Below, piece by piece: positions 8,676-17,546 of a stretch of DNA of 64,000 bases (position 1 is its first letter; each line of letters opens with the position of its first letter). Where the stretch lies: NCBI GenBank assembly GCA_964607485.1, contig CAZSKP010000007.1, forward strand, positions 58,117 through 122,116, given 5' to 3'. The notes under the pieces are model-generated. The model made no database searches. It was given only the letters and a program-made list of their open reading frames with translations, and was not told where the DNA came from. The translations under genes were made by a program, and so were the position numbers. This DNA is from an uncultured bacterium (lineage in GTDB: Bacteria; Abyssobacteria; SURF-5).

Positions 8676-9350
8676 TCAGGCGAGGCCGCGATGTGTGTGC
8701 CAGTATTCCCACTCATAGGGCCACTCTTCTTTTCGGTAGAGCATCAGGAGCCGCATCCTCTCCTTGAATTCGTTTCGCGTTTTCTCGACTTCCGGGAACG
8801 CGGGCTTGTTCTTGCACGCCTGCGCCAATTCCTTGCCCAAATGAATCGCCTGATTCTTGATCTCCTCCGGAAACTCCCCTCCTCTGGTCGCGCCCATGGT
8901 CGCCCACACGGAGCCGACGGGCGTGATGCCGGTGGTTGTCAGGAAGTGGTTCATGTAATCGGCGATGGGCTCCTCGTCTCCGCCCCCCGATGTGACCACG
9001 GATGCGCCGTACTTTCCCTCGAACGCCATGCAGTGAATCACGCCGCAGCATCGGTCCATGAAGGCTTTCATTTGGGCGCTGACGCTGAAGATGTAGTTGG
9101 GGCTGCCGAGCACAAGGCCGTCTGACCCGAAAATCTTCTGCTTGATGGTTTCGAAGTCGTCCTTCTGGGCGCACGTGCCCTTTTTGTGGCAGGCGTCGCA
9201 GGCGCGGCAGGGAAGCACCGTGCGGCCCGGAAGGAAAATGGTTTCCGTCTCCGCGCCCTCACCCTGGGCGCCGTACAGCACGAGGTTCAGCAGTCCGGCC
9301 GTGTTTCCCTTGGCGCCGCGCGGGCTGCCGACCAAGCTAATAATTTTCAT
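8676..9350 (-). CDS. Flavodoxin-fold iron-sulfur flavoprotein / NADPH-FMN reductase family
   Basis: GSPRGAKGNT, CRACDAC..KGTC..KDD, GSPNY, MKAFMDR. Confidence 0.92.
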   Translation of the reverse strand: MKIISLVGSPRGAKGNTAGLLNLVLYGAQGEGAETETIFLPGRTVLPCRACDACHKKGTCAQKDDFETIKQKIFGSDGLVLGSPNYIFSVSAQMKAFMDRCCGVIHCMAFEGKYGASVVTSGGGDEEPIADYMNHFLTTTGITPVGSVWATMGATRGGEFPEEIKNQAIHLGKELAQACKNKPAFPEVEKTRNEFKERMRLLMLYRKEEWPYEWEYWHTHRGLA

Positions 9351-9386
9351 GTCTTTTTCCCTCACTAATTGAACACAATCGTCCAC

Positions 9387-10364
9387 TTATTTGAATCCAC
9401 CCACATATCCAAAATATCTTAGCAAACCATGCTCGAATATTATCTGCAAATCTTCAAGGCTGAGATGGACTTGGACAACTTTTCCATTGTCTTTGAAGAA
9501 ATGTGGTACTTTCCCAAATTGGACAATTAGCTTAGCTCTGTGAACAAAATTCGACCTAATGCGATATAGCAATCTTGCCAAATCAGAAAGTTTTCCTTCC
9601 CCACGTCCCACCCTAAGCTTCTCTCTAATCAGATTCTTGTCTTTCTCGTCCAAGGAATCGAAGAACCTCACTGCCTTTTGAGTGGAGCCGTATTCCCTCT
9701 TGTAGTTTTCGTAAAGCGTTTCCAGTTTCTGCTTATCAACTATCGGAAATGCACCGGAGTTGCTCGCTTTCTTAAGCCAATCATAGAACTCAATGTGCTG
9801 CTCTTTGCTATAGAGTGCCTCTATGAAAGAGAATATGGCAATGAATTTGTATGTTGTATCGAGATATTTTATGTGTTGGTCGTACCTCGCATCTTCATTA
9901 TAGAATTTCCCATCTTTGACGAGGAATTTATAGAATGAGGCAATTTTTAAGAACTTATTTTTTTCTTCATCTCCCTGAATGTGGTCGAACAGGGATTTTA
10001 ATTGCTCCTTATCACTAAAATACCTTCCTAATACATCAGAAGCGAAACCCAAGAATGTGTCTTTCGCATCCAGATATCTTAAGTCTTTCAATGTGTTCTC
10101 CTTGTCAGATGCCAGATCCATTTGGTGAATCCGTTTGCGAACCACGGCATTCCCGAAATGACTTGCGAGGGTGATGCCGACCAGGAGCCAGAACAGGGGC
10201 AAGATAAGGCAACTGCCGATTACGAAGAGTTGCACGAGCGGCTTGAAGAAATTGGCGAAGTTACCGTGCACGAATCGCCATTCGACGTGGAGGAAAAGAA
10301 CGACGATTCCAATCAGCCCCGCCACTCGGAGAACGGCGAACAAACCCCTGAAGAACTTCGTCAT
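9387..10364 (-). CDS. Hypothetical protein: two N-terminal TM helices plus putative HEPN-like domain
   Basis: Hydrophobic N-terminus; SFIEAL upstream and RSNFVH (Rx4H) near the C-terminus; soluble part visibly AT-rich. Confidence 0.65.
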   Translation of the reverse strand: MTKFFRGLFAVLRVAGLIGIVVLFLHVEWRFVHGNFANFFKPLVQLFVIGSCLILPLFWLLVGITLASHFGNAVVRKRIHQMDLASDKENTLKDLRYLDAKDTFLGFASDVLGRYFSDKEQLKSLFDHIQGDEEKNKFLKIASFYKFLVKDGKFYNEDARYDQHIKYLDTTYKFIAIFSFIEALYSKEQHIEFYDWLKKASNSGAFPIVDKQKLETLYENYKREYGSTQKAVRFFDSLDEKDKNLIREKLRVGRGEGKLSDLARLLYRIRSNFVHRAKLIVQFGKVPHFFKDNGKVVQVHLSLEDLQIIFEHGLLRYFGYVGGFK

Positions 10365-10532
10365 GGAGTCTCTCTCATTATTGCAGGACTCGCGAGTTAA
10401 TCGAACAAATCTTACAGCCGCAGGCGGGGAAAGTCAAGGAAATGGCCGGTTGCCGGGTTGAAATGAAGTCGTGCCGTGAGTTGTGATATAATTAAAAGTA
10501 GTCTTGCACCACCGGGAAAGGAGCACATCGAC

Positions 10533-11963
10533 ATGATGACCTCGAAGCAATACATGGAGAGTTTAAGGAAACTGAAGACCAAGATCTACGCGTTCGGCGA
10601 GAGGATCGACGACGTGGTCAAACACCCGGCGACCGCGCCGCACGTGAGCTGCGCGGCGATGACGTACGGGCTCGCGAACACGACGGAGGGCAAGCCCCTC
10701 ATCCAGGTCAAGTCGCATCTCACGGGGAAGAAGATCAACCGGTTTCTGCACATCCATCAAAGCGCCGACGACCTCGTCACGAAGGTGAAGATGCTGCGGT
10801 TTCTGGGGCAGCGAACCGGCTCGTGCTTCCAGAGGTGCGTCGGATTCGACGGCATCAACGCGGTCTATTCCACTACTTTCGAGATGGATGAGGCGAAGGG
10901 CACCGATTACCACAAGAGGTTCATCGAGTACTTAAAGGAGATGCAGGAAAAGGACCTCATGATCTGCGGCGCCATGACCGACTCGAAGGGCGACCGCTCG
11001 CTTCCGCCCCATCAGCAGCCCGAGCCAGACGTGTACGTGCACGTGACCGAACGGCGGAAGGACGGCATCGTCATCAGGGGCTCGAAGCAGCATCAGACCG
11101 GCGCAGTGAACTCGCACGAAATTCTGCTGATGCCGACGATGTCGATGCGCGAGGCCGACAAGGATTTCGCGGTCGTGTGCGCGGTGCCCGCCGATGCGCC
11201 GGGCGTGACGATGGTGTTCGGCAGGCAGTCGAACGATTACCGGAAACTTCTCAACGAGAAGACCGACATCGGCAATCCCGCCTTCGGGCTGGTCGGCGGC
11301 GAGGCGATTGTCATTCTCGAAGACGTGTTTGTGCCGTGGGAGCGCGTGTTCATGTGCGGCGAATACGAGTTCTCAGGCATGCTCGTCGAGCGGTTTGCGG
11401 CCTTTCACCGGCAGAACTACGGCGCGTGCAAGGGCGGCGTAAGCGACGTCATCACGGGCGCGACCGCGCTTGCGGCGGAAATCAACGGCGTCGCGAAGGC
11501 ATCGCACGTGCGCGACAAGCTGACCGAGATGATTCACCTCACCGAGACGCTCTACTGTTGTTCGATCGCCTGCTCCTCAGAGGGCAAGAAGACGAAGTCG
11601 GGCGGATACCTCGTCGACCCGATGCTGGCGAACGTGTGCAAGCACAACGTCACGCGGTACATCTACGAGATAGGCCGGCTGTCGCACGACATCGCCGGCG
11701 GCCTGATCGCCACCATGCCCAGCGAGAAGGATTTCAGGAACGAGGAAATCGGCGAGCTGCTCCAGAAGCACTACGGCTCCTCCGCCTCGGCGGATGACCG
11801 CATCCGCGTGTGCAGGCTCATCGAGAACATGACGGCGGGGACGGCGCTCGTCGAATCGATGCACGGCGCGGGCTCGCCCCAGGCGCAGAGGGTGATGATC
11901 TACCGGCAGGGCGACCTCGAACAGAAGAAGGCGTTCGCCAAAGCGCTCTGCGGGATAAAGTAG
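10533..11963 (+). CDS. abfD: 4-hydroxybutyryl-CoA dehydratase (HpaB/AbfD family)
   Basis: GSCFQRCVGFD, GAMTDSKGDRS, HRQNYGACKGG, ESMHGAGSPQAQ. Confidence 0.88.
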   Translation: MMTSKQYMESLRKLKTKIYAFGERIDDVVKHPATAPHVSCAAMTYGLANTTEGKPLIQVKSHLTGKKINRFLHIHQSADDLVTKVKMLRFLGQRTGSCFQRCVGFDGINAVYSTTFEMDEAKGTDYHKRFIEYLKEMQEKDLMICGAMTDSKGDRSLPPHQQPEPDVYVHVTERRKDGIVIRGSKQHQTGAVNSHEILLMPTMSMREADKDFAVVCAVPADAPGVTMVFGRQSNDYRKLLNEKTDIGNPAFGLVGGEAIVILEDVFVPWERVFMCGEYEFSGMLVERFAAFHRQNYGACKGGVSDVITGATALAAEINGVAKASHVRDKLTEMIHLTETLYCCSIACSSEGKKTKSGGYLVDPMLANVCKHNVTRYIYEIGRLSHDIAGGLIATMPSEKDFRNEEIGELLQKHYGSSASADDRIRVCRLIENMTAGTALVESMHGAGSPQAQRVMIYRQGDLEQKKAFAKALCGIK

Positions 11964-11992
11964 CGACTCTTTAGGCTTGACCCTGTCGCTCT

Positions 11993-12022
11993 TGCAGGGG
12001 CGCACGGACGTGCGCTCCTACA
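11993..12022. repeat. Degenerate GTAG-type palindrome
   Basis: TGCAGGGGCGCACGGACGTGCGCTCCTACA resembles the copy at 13952; lies between convergent genes. Confidence 0.65.
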
Positions 12023-12045
12023 TAATTATTATACACCGCTCACAA

Positions 12046-12627
12046 CTAACGCTGCCTGCCCTCGATCGCGCACAGCAGTACGGCAGCGGCAATTCCCAAT
12101 CTCCTGTCGAGCGCTCGGCTGAAATCCTGCGAAAAATCGACTGCGATCTTCATGACGAACGGATTGAAATTCTGCTTGTACGTGCAGACGGGTGTCCCGC
12201 CGATTTCCGCCGTGTATTTCTGAGGAATCAGGTTGGTCAGGAAACGCCTCACGAGCGCGAGCACGGTGCTGTCCTCTTTCAGCAGGCCGATTTCCCGGTC
12301 GTTCGAATCCATGAAAATCCATTCGTCCTTCAGGATCGACTTGAGGCCTTTTCTCTTCAGTGCGCCGACCTTCTCATTCTTCGCGGGGTCCACGACATCA
12401 TACGTGGCGGCGATGTCGAGGACTTGCCTGGCCTTGATGAGAAGGACCTCCGTCAGCATATCCTCGCCGGTGTAGAGTCGTATGTCTTCCTTCAGTTTGA
12501 ACGCCTTCAATTGCGAATAGAGGACGACCGCGCCGGTGGGGTCGTAAATGTGAAAGGCGCCTCCGAACAATTTCAGGATCTTTCTGCGGACGAGATACGT
12601 CGGGTACTCAAACCTTTCGGATGTCAT
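12046..12627 (-). CDS. LURP-one/scramblase (Tubby C-like) protein
   Basis: KAFKLKEDIRLY, ATYDVVD, LDRRLGIAAAVLLCAIEGRQ; ATG 12627 preceded by GGGGAGG. Confidence 0.75.
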   Translation of the reverse strand: MTSERFEYPTYLVRRKILKLFGGAFHIYDPTGAVVLYSQLKAFKLKEDIRLYTGEDMLTEVLLIKARQVLDIAATYDVVDPAKNEKVGALKRKGLKSILKDEWIFMDSNDREIGLLKEDSTVLALVRRFLTNLIPQKYTAEIGGTPVCTYKQNFNPFVMKIAVDFSQDFSRALDRRLGIAAAVLLCAIEGRQR

Positions 12628-12641
12628 GGCGCCTCCCCTTG

Positions 12642-13154
12642 TCAAGTCCCGCGTTCTTTCAACAATACGCCAAGCCTGACGAAAGAATTGTTCAGCATAT
12701 GATAATATACGATCACCCAAACCGGTCCTAACACATAGAATATGAGCGAAAACTTGTACTGCAGTTCCGGCGCCGCTTGTTCGATTTTCACAATCATCCA
12801 GCCCAATCCAATAGTGACTGGAAGAATTATGATAGCAAGCCTGATCCATACCGGAACCGTGAGACATGCCATTCTTTCAAAGAACGATGTTGCATCGATG
12901 GCTTCATTGGTTTTGAAACACTTTCTGATGCCTTTGTAGGCGAGGTAAGCTGAGACAATTGCAGAAGCCAATTGGAAAGAGGCAAAATAGAGGGGCCACT
13001 TGCGCCCGTGCATCGACTGTCCCCAGTATGACATGCCGGACAGATAGCCCAGCACAGTCATGAATATGATATATTTGACTTTTTGCCAATCGTTGAGCAG
13101 ATTATTGCTCAGGGCAACCTCCAGTTTTCTGGAAGAAAACAATATCATTTGCAC
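12642..13154 (-). CDS. Hypothetical membrane protein (about 4 TM)
   Basis: Hydrophobic segments; GGAGGG RBS; more AT-rich than neighbours. Confidence 0.65.
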   Translation of the reverse strand: MQMILFSSRKLEVALSNNLLNDWQKVKYIIFMTVLGYLSGMSYWGQSMHGRKWPLYFASFQLASAIVSAYLAYKGIRKCFKTNEAIDATSFFERMACLTVPVWIRLAIIILPVTIGLGWMIVKIEQAAPELQYKFSLIFYVLGPVWVIVYYHMLNNSFVRLGVLLKERGT

Positions 13155-13195
13155 CCTCCTGACTCAAATGAGATTGTTTCTCATAACCATGAAAC

Positions 13196-13852
13196 TCACA
13201 CCGAGAAGAGCTTTCTGTAGTAGAAATGGCTCGCGTACAGCGCGGCGATGGGGTTGTGGCCGGTCACCCGGTCTTTGACCACGAGCACGGTGGTGGGCGC
13301 GCTGGCTTCTTTAAGGAAAAGCATGTCGTGGCCGACGCATAGGCCCATCACGATGTTCATGTCGGTGCCGACCTCGTTGAGAATTCTCGCCTGCGCGACT
13401 GGGTTGCACATCGTCTCGAAGGCTCCCTCCAGAATTTTCTCTTCGTCCTTGATTCCTATCTCGGACTTGTCCACGCCGCCGGCCTTGCAGCAGACGCTGA
13501 CGGGCTCAAATTCGTTCTCTTCGAGAATCTTGGAGAGCATCTGCGATTCCTTCAGCAGGCCGATGCAGGTGGCGATGCCGATTTTCTTCGCGCCGATTTT
13601 GCGGGCGAAGCGTATCGTTTCCTCCAGGCGGGTCCATCGCAGGTAGCCTTCGCCCTCGATACGCGCCGAGTTGAGCGCGAGCTTGTTCTTAAGGGGGTCG
13701 TCCCTGTATTCCGCGACGGTGGCCGCGATGGTGTCGCTGAAATTTTCCATCGGGCAGAAGTTGGGTGGCTCCGTCGCCGGGGCCGACTGCATACAGTTCC
13801 ACTTGCCGCACGAGGCGCAATTCGGGTCGGTCATTTTATATGCTCCTTTCAA
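13196..13852 (-). CDS. DUF1847 family Cys-rich protein
   Basis: TRLEETIRFA, KIGIATCIGL, SVCCKAGGVDK, MCNPVAQA, GLCVGHD, KDRVTGHNP. Confidence 0.88.
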   Translation of the reverse strand: MKGAYKMTDPNCASCGKWNCMQSAPATEPPNFCPMENFSDTIAATVAEYRDDPLKNKLALNSARIEGEGYLRWTRLEETIRFARKIGAKKIGIATCIGLLKESQMLSKILEENEFEPVSVCCKAGGVDKSEIGIKDEEKILEGAFETMCNPVAQARILNEVGTDMNIVMGLCVGHDMLFLKEASAPTTVLVVKDRVTGHNPIAALYASHFYYRKLFSV

Positions 13853-13951
13853 GCTTCGCCGGTCATTTGCGGGCGATTTCCGAACGATGGGGACTGTCCC
13901 ACTATCCGTGGAAATGATGAATTCTTGTCGCGATTTTCACGATGCGTCACG

Positions 13952-13983
13952 CTGTAGGGGCGCACGGCCGTGCGCCCCTACAG
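13952..13983. repeat. GTAG-type REP-like perfect palindrome
   Basis: CTGTAGGGGCGCACGGCCGTGCGCCCCTACAG. Confidence 0.88.
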
Positions 13984-14053
13984 AAATATCCGCACGACGA
14001 TGGGTTATTTTGGTCCCCAGTATAACCCGGGCTGTGACTCTATCCGAGGGTTG

Positions 14054-14127
14054 TGTAGGTGCGAATTCATTCGCATAGCATTTCCGGCTTTTCTTGCATC
14101 ATTCGTGCGAATGAATTCGCACCTACA
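14054..14127. repeat. REP doublet (REPIN-like), GTAG type
   Basis: TGTAGGTGCGAATTCATTCGCA...TGCGAATGAATTCGCACCTACA, perfect 22-bp inverted repeat. Confidence 0.85.
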
Positions 14128-14162
14128 GGGCTTAGCCACAAACGTGCAATTCTAGGAAGACG

Positions 14163-14414
14163 TCACGCGCTCTTTGTTCCTTTTATTCTCCCGCCCCAGA
14201 CTTGTCCCAAAACAGCGGCGACGACGAGCAGCGGGATAATGGATAGTCTCAGCATGAGCATTCTGCGAAGGAGGTATATGAGCGGAATGGGCAGATGAAT
14301 GTACAGGAACCAGCGCACCGAATACTTACTGACCCTGGACCTGAGAAATCCAAACGGAAGGTTGAGGACGAGCGTCGTGACCCAGAGTCCAGCCATGGAC
14401 AAATAATGTGTCAA
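14163..14414 (-). CDS. Small hypothetical membrane protein
   Basis: NLPFG..R...WFLYIHLPIP...GQVWGG pattern, three hydrophobic helices; GAGG RBS. Confidence 0.7.
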   Translation of the reverse strand: MTHYLSMAGLWVTTLVLNLPFGFLRSRVSKYSVRWFLYIHLPIPLIYLLRRMLMLRLSIIPLLVVAAVLGQVWGGRIKGTKSA

Positions 14415-14616
14415 ATCTATTTCCTCACAATGTTTCCGGCACCTCCTTTATGGTGGCGCACCATTTCATTATACTATTGCGGCGTTGGTTTCTTCAACCT
14501 CCGCGCCGGCCGTTTCGCTTGACACTCAAATGCCGTTCTGGTAGATTGCCTTCGGTCGGCTCCCACGGGAGAGACGGTCGAAAGTCGATATGGGACGGGG
14601 TCGATAAGAGGGTTAA

Positions 14617-16212
14617 GTGAACGAGAATAAACGAAGCTTCGGTTTGACGTCGGGCGTGGTGCTGGTCGTTCTGCTTCTTGCCGCTTTGGCGATCAGGGTA
14701 TCCATCGCGGTCTGCAACGAGCCGACTCTCGTGACGAAGACTCTGTCCGATGACGCGTTCTATTATTTTCAGATTGCGAGAAACGCCGCCGCGGGGAGGG
14801 GAATAACGTTCGACGGGGTCGAGCCCGCCAACGGGTTTCATCCGCTGTGGTTTGTCCTGCTCTTGCCCGTGTACCTCCTGTTCGGCCCCGGCCTGACGGC
14901 GCCGCTGCACGCCGCGCTCGTGCTCGAGGCATTGTTGGACGTGGGCGCAGGCTTCTTCATCTATCTGCTCGTTCGGACGCTCACCAGGAATCCTTCGGCC
15001 GCCGTCGTGGGGGCGGGCGTGTATCTTCTGAATCCGAGCGTGATATTTCATTCGGTCAACGGGCTCGAGACGGGGCTCAACCTCTTCTGCTTTACCCTGT
15101 ACTTCTGGTTCTACCTGCGCATGCTGAACGAGGGCAAGTTCTCCGCCGGACGTTTTCTCATGCTCGGTTTCCTGTCGGGAATGTTGATTCTCGCGCGGAC
15201 CGACAATGTGATAGTGGTTGCGGTGACCTACGCGCATCTTCTCTTTTTCAGGAAAATGTTCAGGAGGCCGGGTTCTGTGACGGCGTCGCTCGTATTGTGC
15301 GCGCTCGTTCTGACTCCGTGGGTGGTGTGGAATCTGGCCACGTTCGGCACCCTTGTGCAATCCAGCGGAGGCGCGTACAGCATCGTCACCCGGGGCAACC
15401 TGAGGGCCGGCGGCGCGACCGACCTCGACATATTCCTCACCTCGCTCTCGAACACGGTGAGGCTGTTCGTGTGGACGATACCCACCGACGTTTTCGGTTG
15501 GGGGAAATTGCTGGGGATATTGGCCGGGCTGGGAGTGGGGATGCTGTTCATGGATGAGAGCAGGACGGAGCGGGCCTGGGCCGCGGCAAGGAGCGCCTGC
15601 GTGCCGCTGTTCGCATTCCTCGCGCTTGCGCTCGTGCACTCGCTCGTTCGAGGCACGCTGAAGTCGTGGTACTTCATGCCTGCGGCGGCGGTCGGCTCGA
15701 TGTTCTTTGGCATATTCTGCGGGCCGTACGACTTCTCCACCCTCCTCTCAACCGGCCGTGCGCGTGTGATGAGCGGTTTTCTGGTGGTAGTCATACTGAG
15801 CGGGTATGCGCTCAACGGATGGACGGGCTGGACGAAAGGGATGTATCCGTGGCAGAGCGAGCAGCTCATGGCGGCCGAGTGGCTGAAGGAGCACGTGGGC
15901 GACGACGTGTGGATAGGAAGCTTCAACGCCGGCATTATCGGCTACGTGAGTGAGAGGCACGTGGTCAACCTGGACGGACTGGTGAACAATTCCGTCGTGC
16001 CTTATTTGAAGGCACGGCGTCTGTGGGATTACATACGCGAGCGAAACATATCATACCTTGTGGACTCCGACTATTCGATTCTCAAGGACTATCGCGACTT
16101 CTACGGTTCCGGCTGGAAGGCGGGTGAGCACATCCTGAGGGTCGCCACGATAGACGACCCGGCTGTCTCGTGGGCGGGCGCGAACGTGGGAGTGTACCGA
16201 GTCATGCCGTAG
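14617..16212 (+). CDS. GT-C fold membrane glycosyltransferase (ArnT/PMT-like)
   Basis: DDAFYY in first loop, NGFHPLW, NGLET, LARTD, many TM helices, C-terminal NAGIIGY...NLDGLVN. Confidence 0.8.
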   Translation: MNENKRSFGLTSGVVLVVLLLAALAIRVSIAVCNEPTLVTKTLSDDAFYYFQIARNAAAGRGITFDGVEPANGFHPLWFVLLLPVYLLFGPGLTAPLHAALVLEALLDVGAGFFIYLLVRTLTRNPSAAVVGAGVYLLNPSVIFHSVNGLETGLNLFCFTLYFWFYLRMLNEGKFSAGRFLMLGFLSGMLILARTDNVIVVAVTYAHLLFFRKMFRRPGSVTASLVLCALVLTPWVVWNLATFGTLVQSSGGAYSIVTRGNLRAGGATDLDIFLTSLSNTVRLFVWTIPTDVFGWGKLLGILAGLGVGMLFMDESRTERAWAAARSACVPLFAFLALALVHSLVRGTLKSWYFMPAAAVGSMFFGIFCGPYDFSTLLSTGRARVMSGFLVVVILSGYALNGWTGWTKGMYPWQSEQLMAAEWLKEHVGDDVWIGSFNAGIIGYVSERHVVNLDGLVNNSVVPYLKARRLWDYIRERNISYLVDSDYSILKDYRDFYGSGWKAGEHILRVATIDDPAVSWAGANVGVYRVMP

Positions 16213-16226
16213 GAGCGTGTTGCCGG

Positions 16227-16374
16227 TGTCATTCTGAGGAGCGACGGGCCGCAGACCCGGGCGACGAAAAATCTCTCATTTTCGCGTAAGTTTACGTCTG
16301 TCATCAGGAGATTCTTCGCGTCGCAGATTCTTCGCGGAGTTTATCCTGAGCGAAGCCGAAGGGCTCAGAACGAC
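16227..16374. repeat. GTCA-type inverted-repeat element with nested insert
   Basis: Homologous to 2781-2888, with an extra GGAGTTTATCCTGAGCGAAGCCGAAGG segment in the right arm. Confidence 0.8.
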
Positions 16375-16455
16375 GAATACGCAATTGCCTTTTGGGCAAC
16401 ATGCCGTAGGAAAACGCCGGCTGTTTGGTGCGGGGGATTGTGGCGCCGGACAAAC

Positions 16456-17091
16456 CTAATACACGGAAGTCGTCACCTTGTGATTTCGGTACCGGCTCTC
16501 GGCTATCGTCTTGTCTTCGTGGACGATGAGCACCATGCACTCGGAGGAGTCGAATCGCCTCTGGAAGGCGCGGGTTAACGTGGTGGCCATCGCGCGGAGG
16601 TCTTCTCTCCCGAATCTTTCCCCTTCCATCTTCAGGTACAACAACATCAGTCCCTTGTGCTTTATCTCGATGCCGCTGACGGAATCGGGAAAGTTCGTCT
16701 CCCAGATGCCGAAGATCTCTCGCGCGAAATCACGCTCCTCCTGGGTCTTGGCATTGATTATATTTGAGCTCTGGGATATGATTCCGGAGTGTGAGAGTGT
16801 CTGAACGTCGAATCTATTGACAGTGCTGAGGTCGAGCACAATCAAGTACATTGCGATGCCGCCGACGAGCGAGATGCCTCCGGTGAAAAGGAGCGTTTTG
16901 CGCACGACGCGGCGCATCCCGATTTGCTTTTCCTGTTTCTTCTTTCGCGCAATGCGGGCGCTTTCGATGAGGATGGGGTGCAGGCCCGAGTTGCGGAGTT
17001 GCTGGTCGGCGTCCTTCTTGTCCCTGGCCTTCAGGACCTTCTTCCGCACCCGGCCGTCGGTGGTCACCGCCTCGAAATAGTAGTAAGGCAT
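16456..17091 (-). CDS. Hypothetical single-pass membrane protein with PilC/GspF-like N-terminus
   Basis: MPYYYFEAVTTDGRVRKKVLKARDKKDADQQLRNSGLHPILI, then one TM helix and a soluble domain. Confidence 0.7.
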   Translation of the reverse strand: MPYYYFEAVTTDGRVRKKVLKARDKKDADQQLRNSGLHPILIESARIARKKKQEKQIGMRRVVRKTLLFTGGISLVGGIAMYLIVLDLSTVNRFDVQTLSHSGIISQSSNIINAKTQEERDFAREIFGIWETNFPDSVSGIEIKHKGLMLLYLKMEGERFGREDLRAMATTLTRAFQRRFDSSECMVLIVHEDKTIAESRYRNHKVTTSVY

Positions 17092-17546
17092 CGCCTCACG
17101 TCCTTTTCGCGCGCACAAACAGTGGCGTGGACCTCTATCTATACGTGCCGCCCTGCACTCTCAGGTGATGCGGCAGTCATGGCGAGTAGCGAAAGTGAAG
17201 CGGATCGAGACGGCTCCCGGCGAGGAATCGGTTGGTATGGAAAGAGATGATAATCGCTCGCGCCGGTTCCATAAGCGAACACAGGCGATGGACAAATTCT
17301 CTAATCCGTTGAACACGAGCCAATAACGAAGACATCATTATGTTTCGTTCACAACACATTCTAGCATAGGTTGGGCTCCAAGTCAAAAAGCTTTCATTTT
17401 GGCGAGCCGGCTGCCGCCCCTCGTGGATGCCGGTTCTTGCAAGGATTATGCGGCGGGCTTGTCCCAAATGCCTTGACAACGGGTGTCACGGCGTATAAGA
17501 TTGAATGTGAATGCTGAGTAACCAGTTGGTCTGTCAAGAGTAATAA

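Noticed and set aside
14519-14616. Riboswitch in the glycosyltransferase leader
   Set aside because: A promoter-like TTGACA and some pairing, but no family consensus recognisable by eye; an Rfam scan would be needed.
17130-17260. Glycine riboswitch suggested by CTCTCAGG
   Set aside because: Isolated motif; other conserved elements and a fitting downstream gene are missing.
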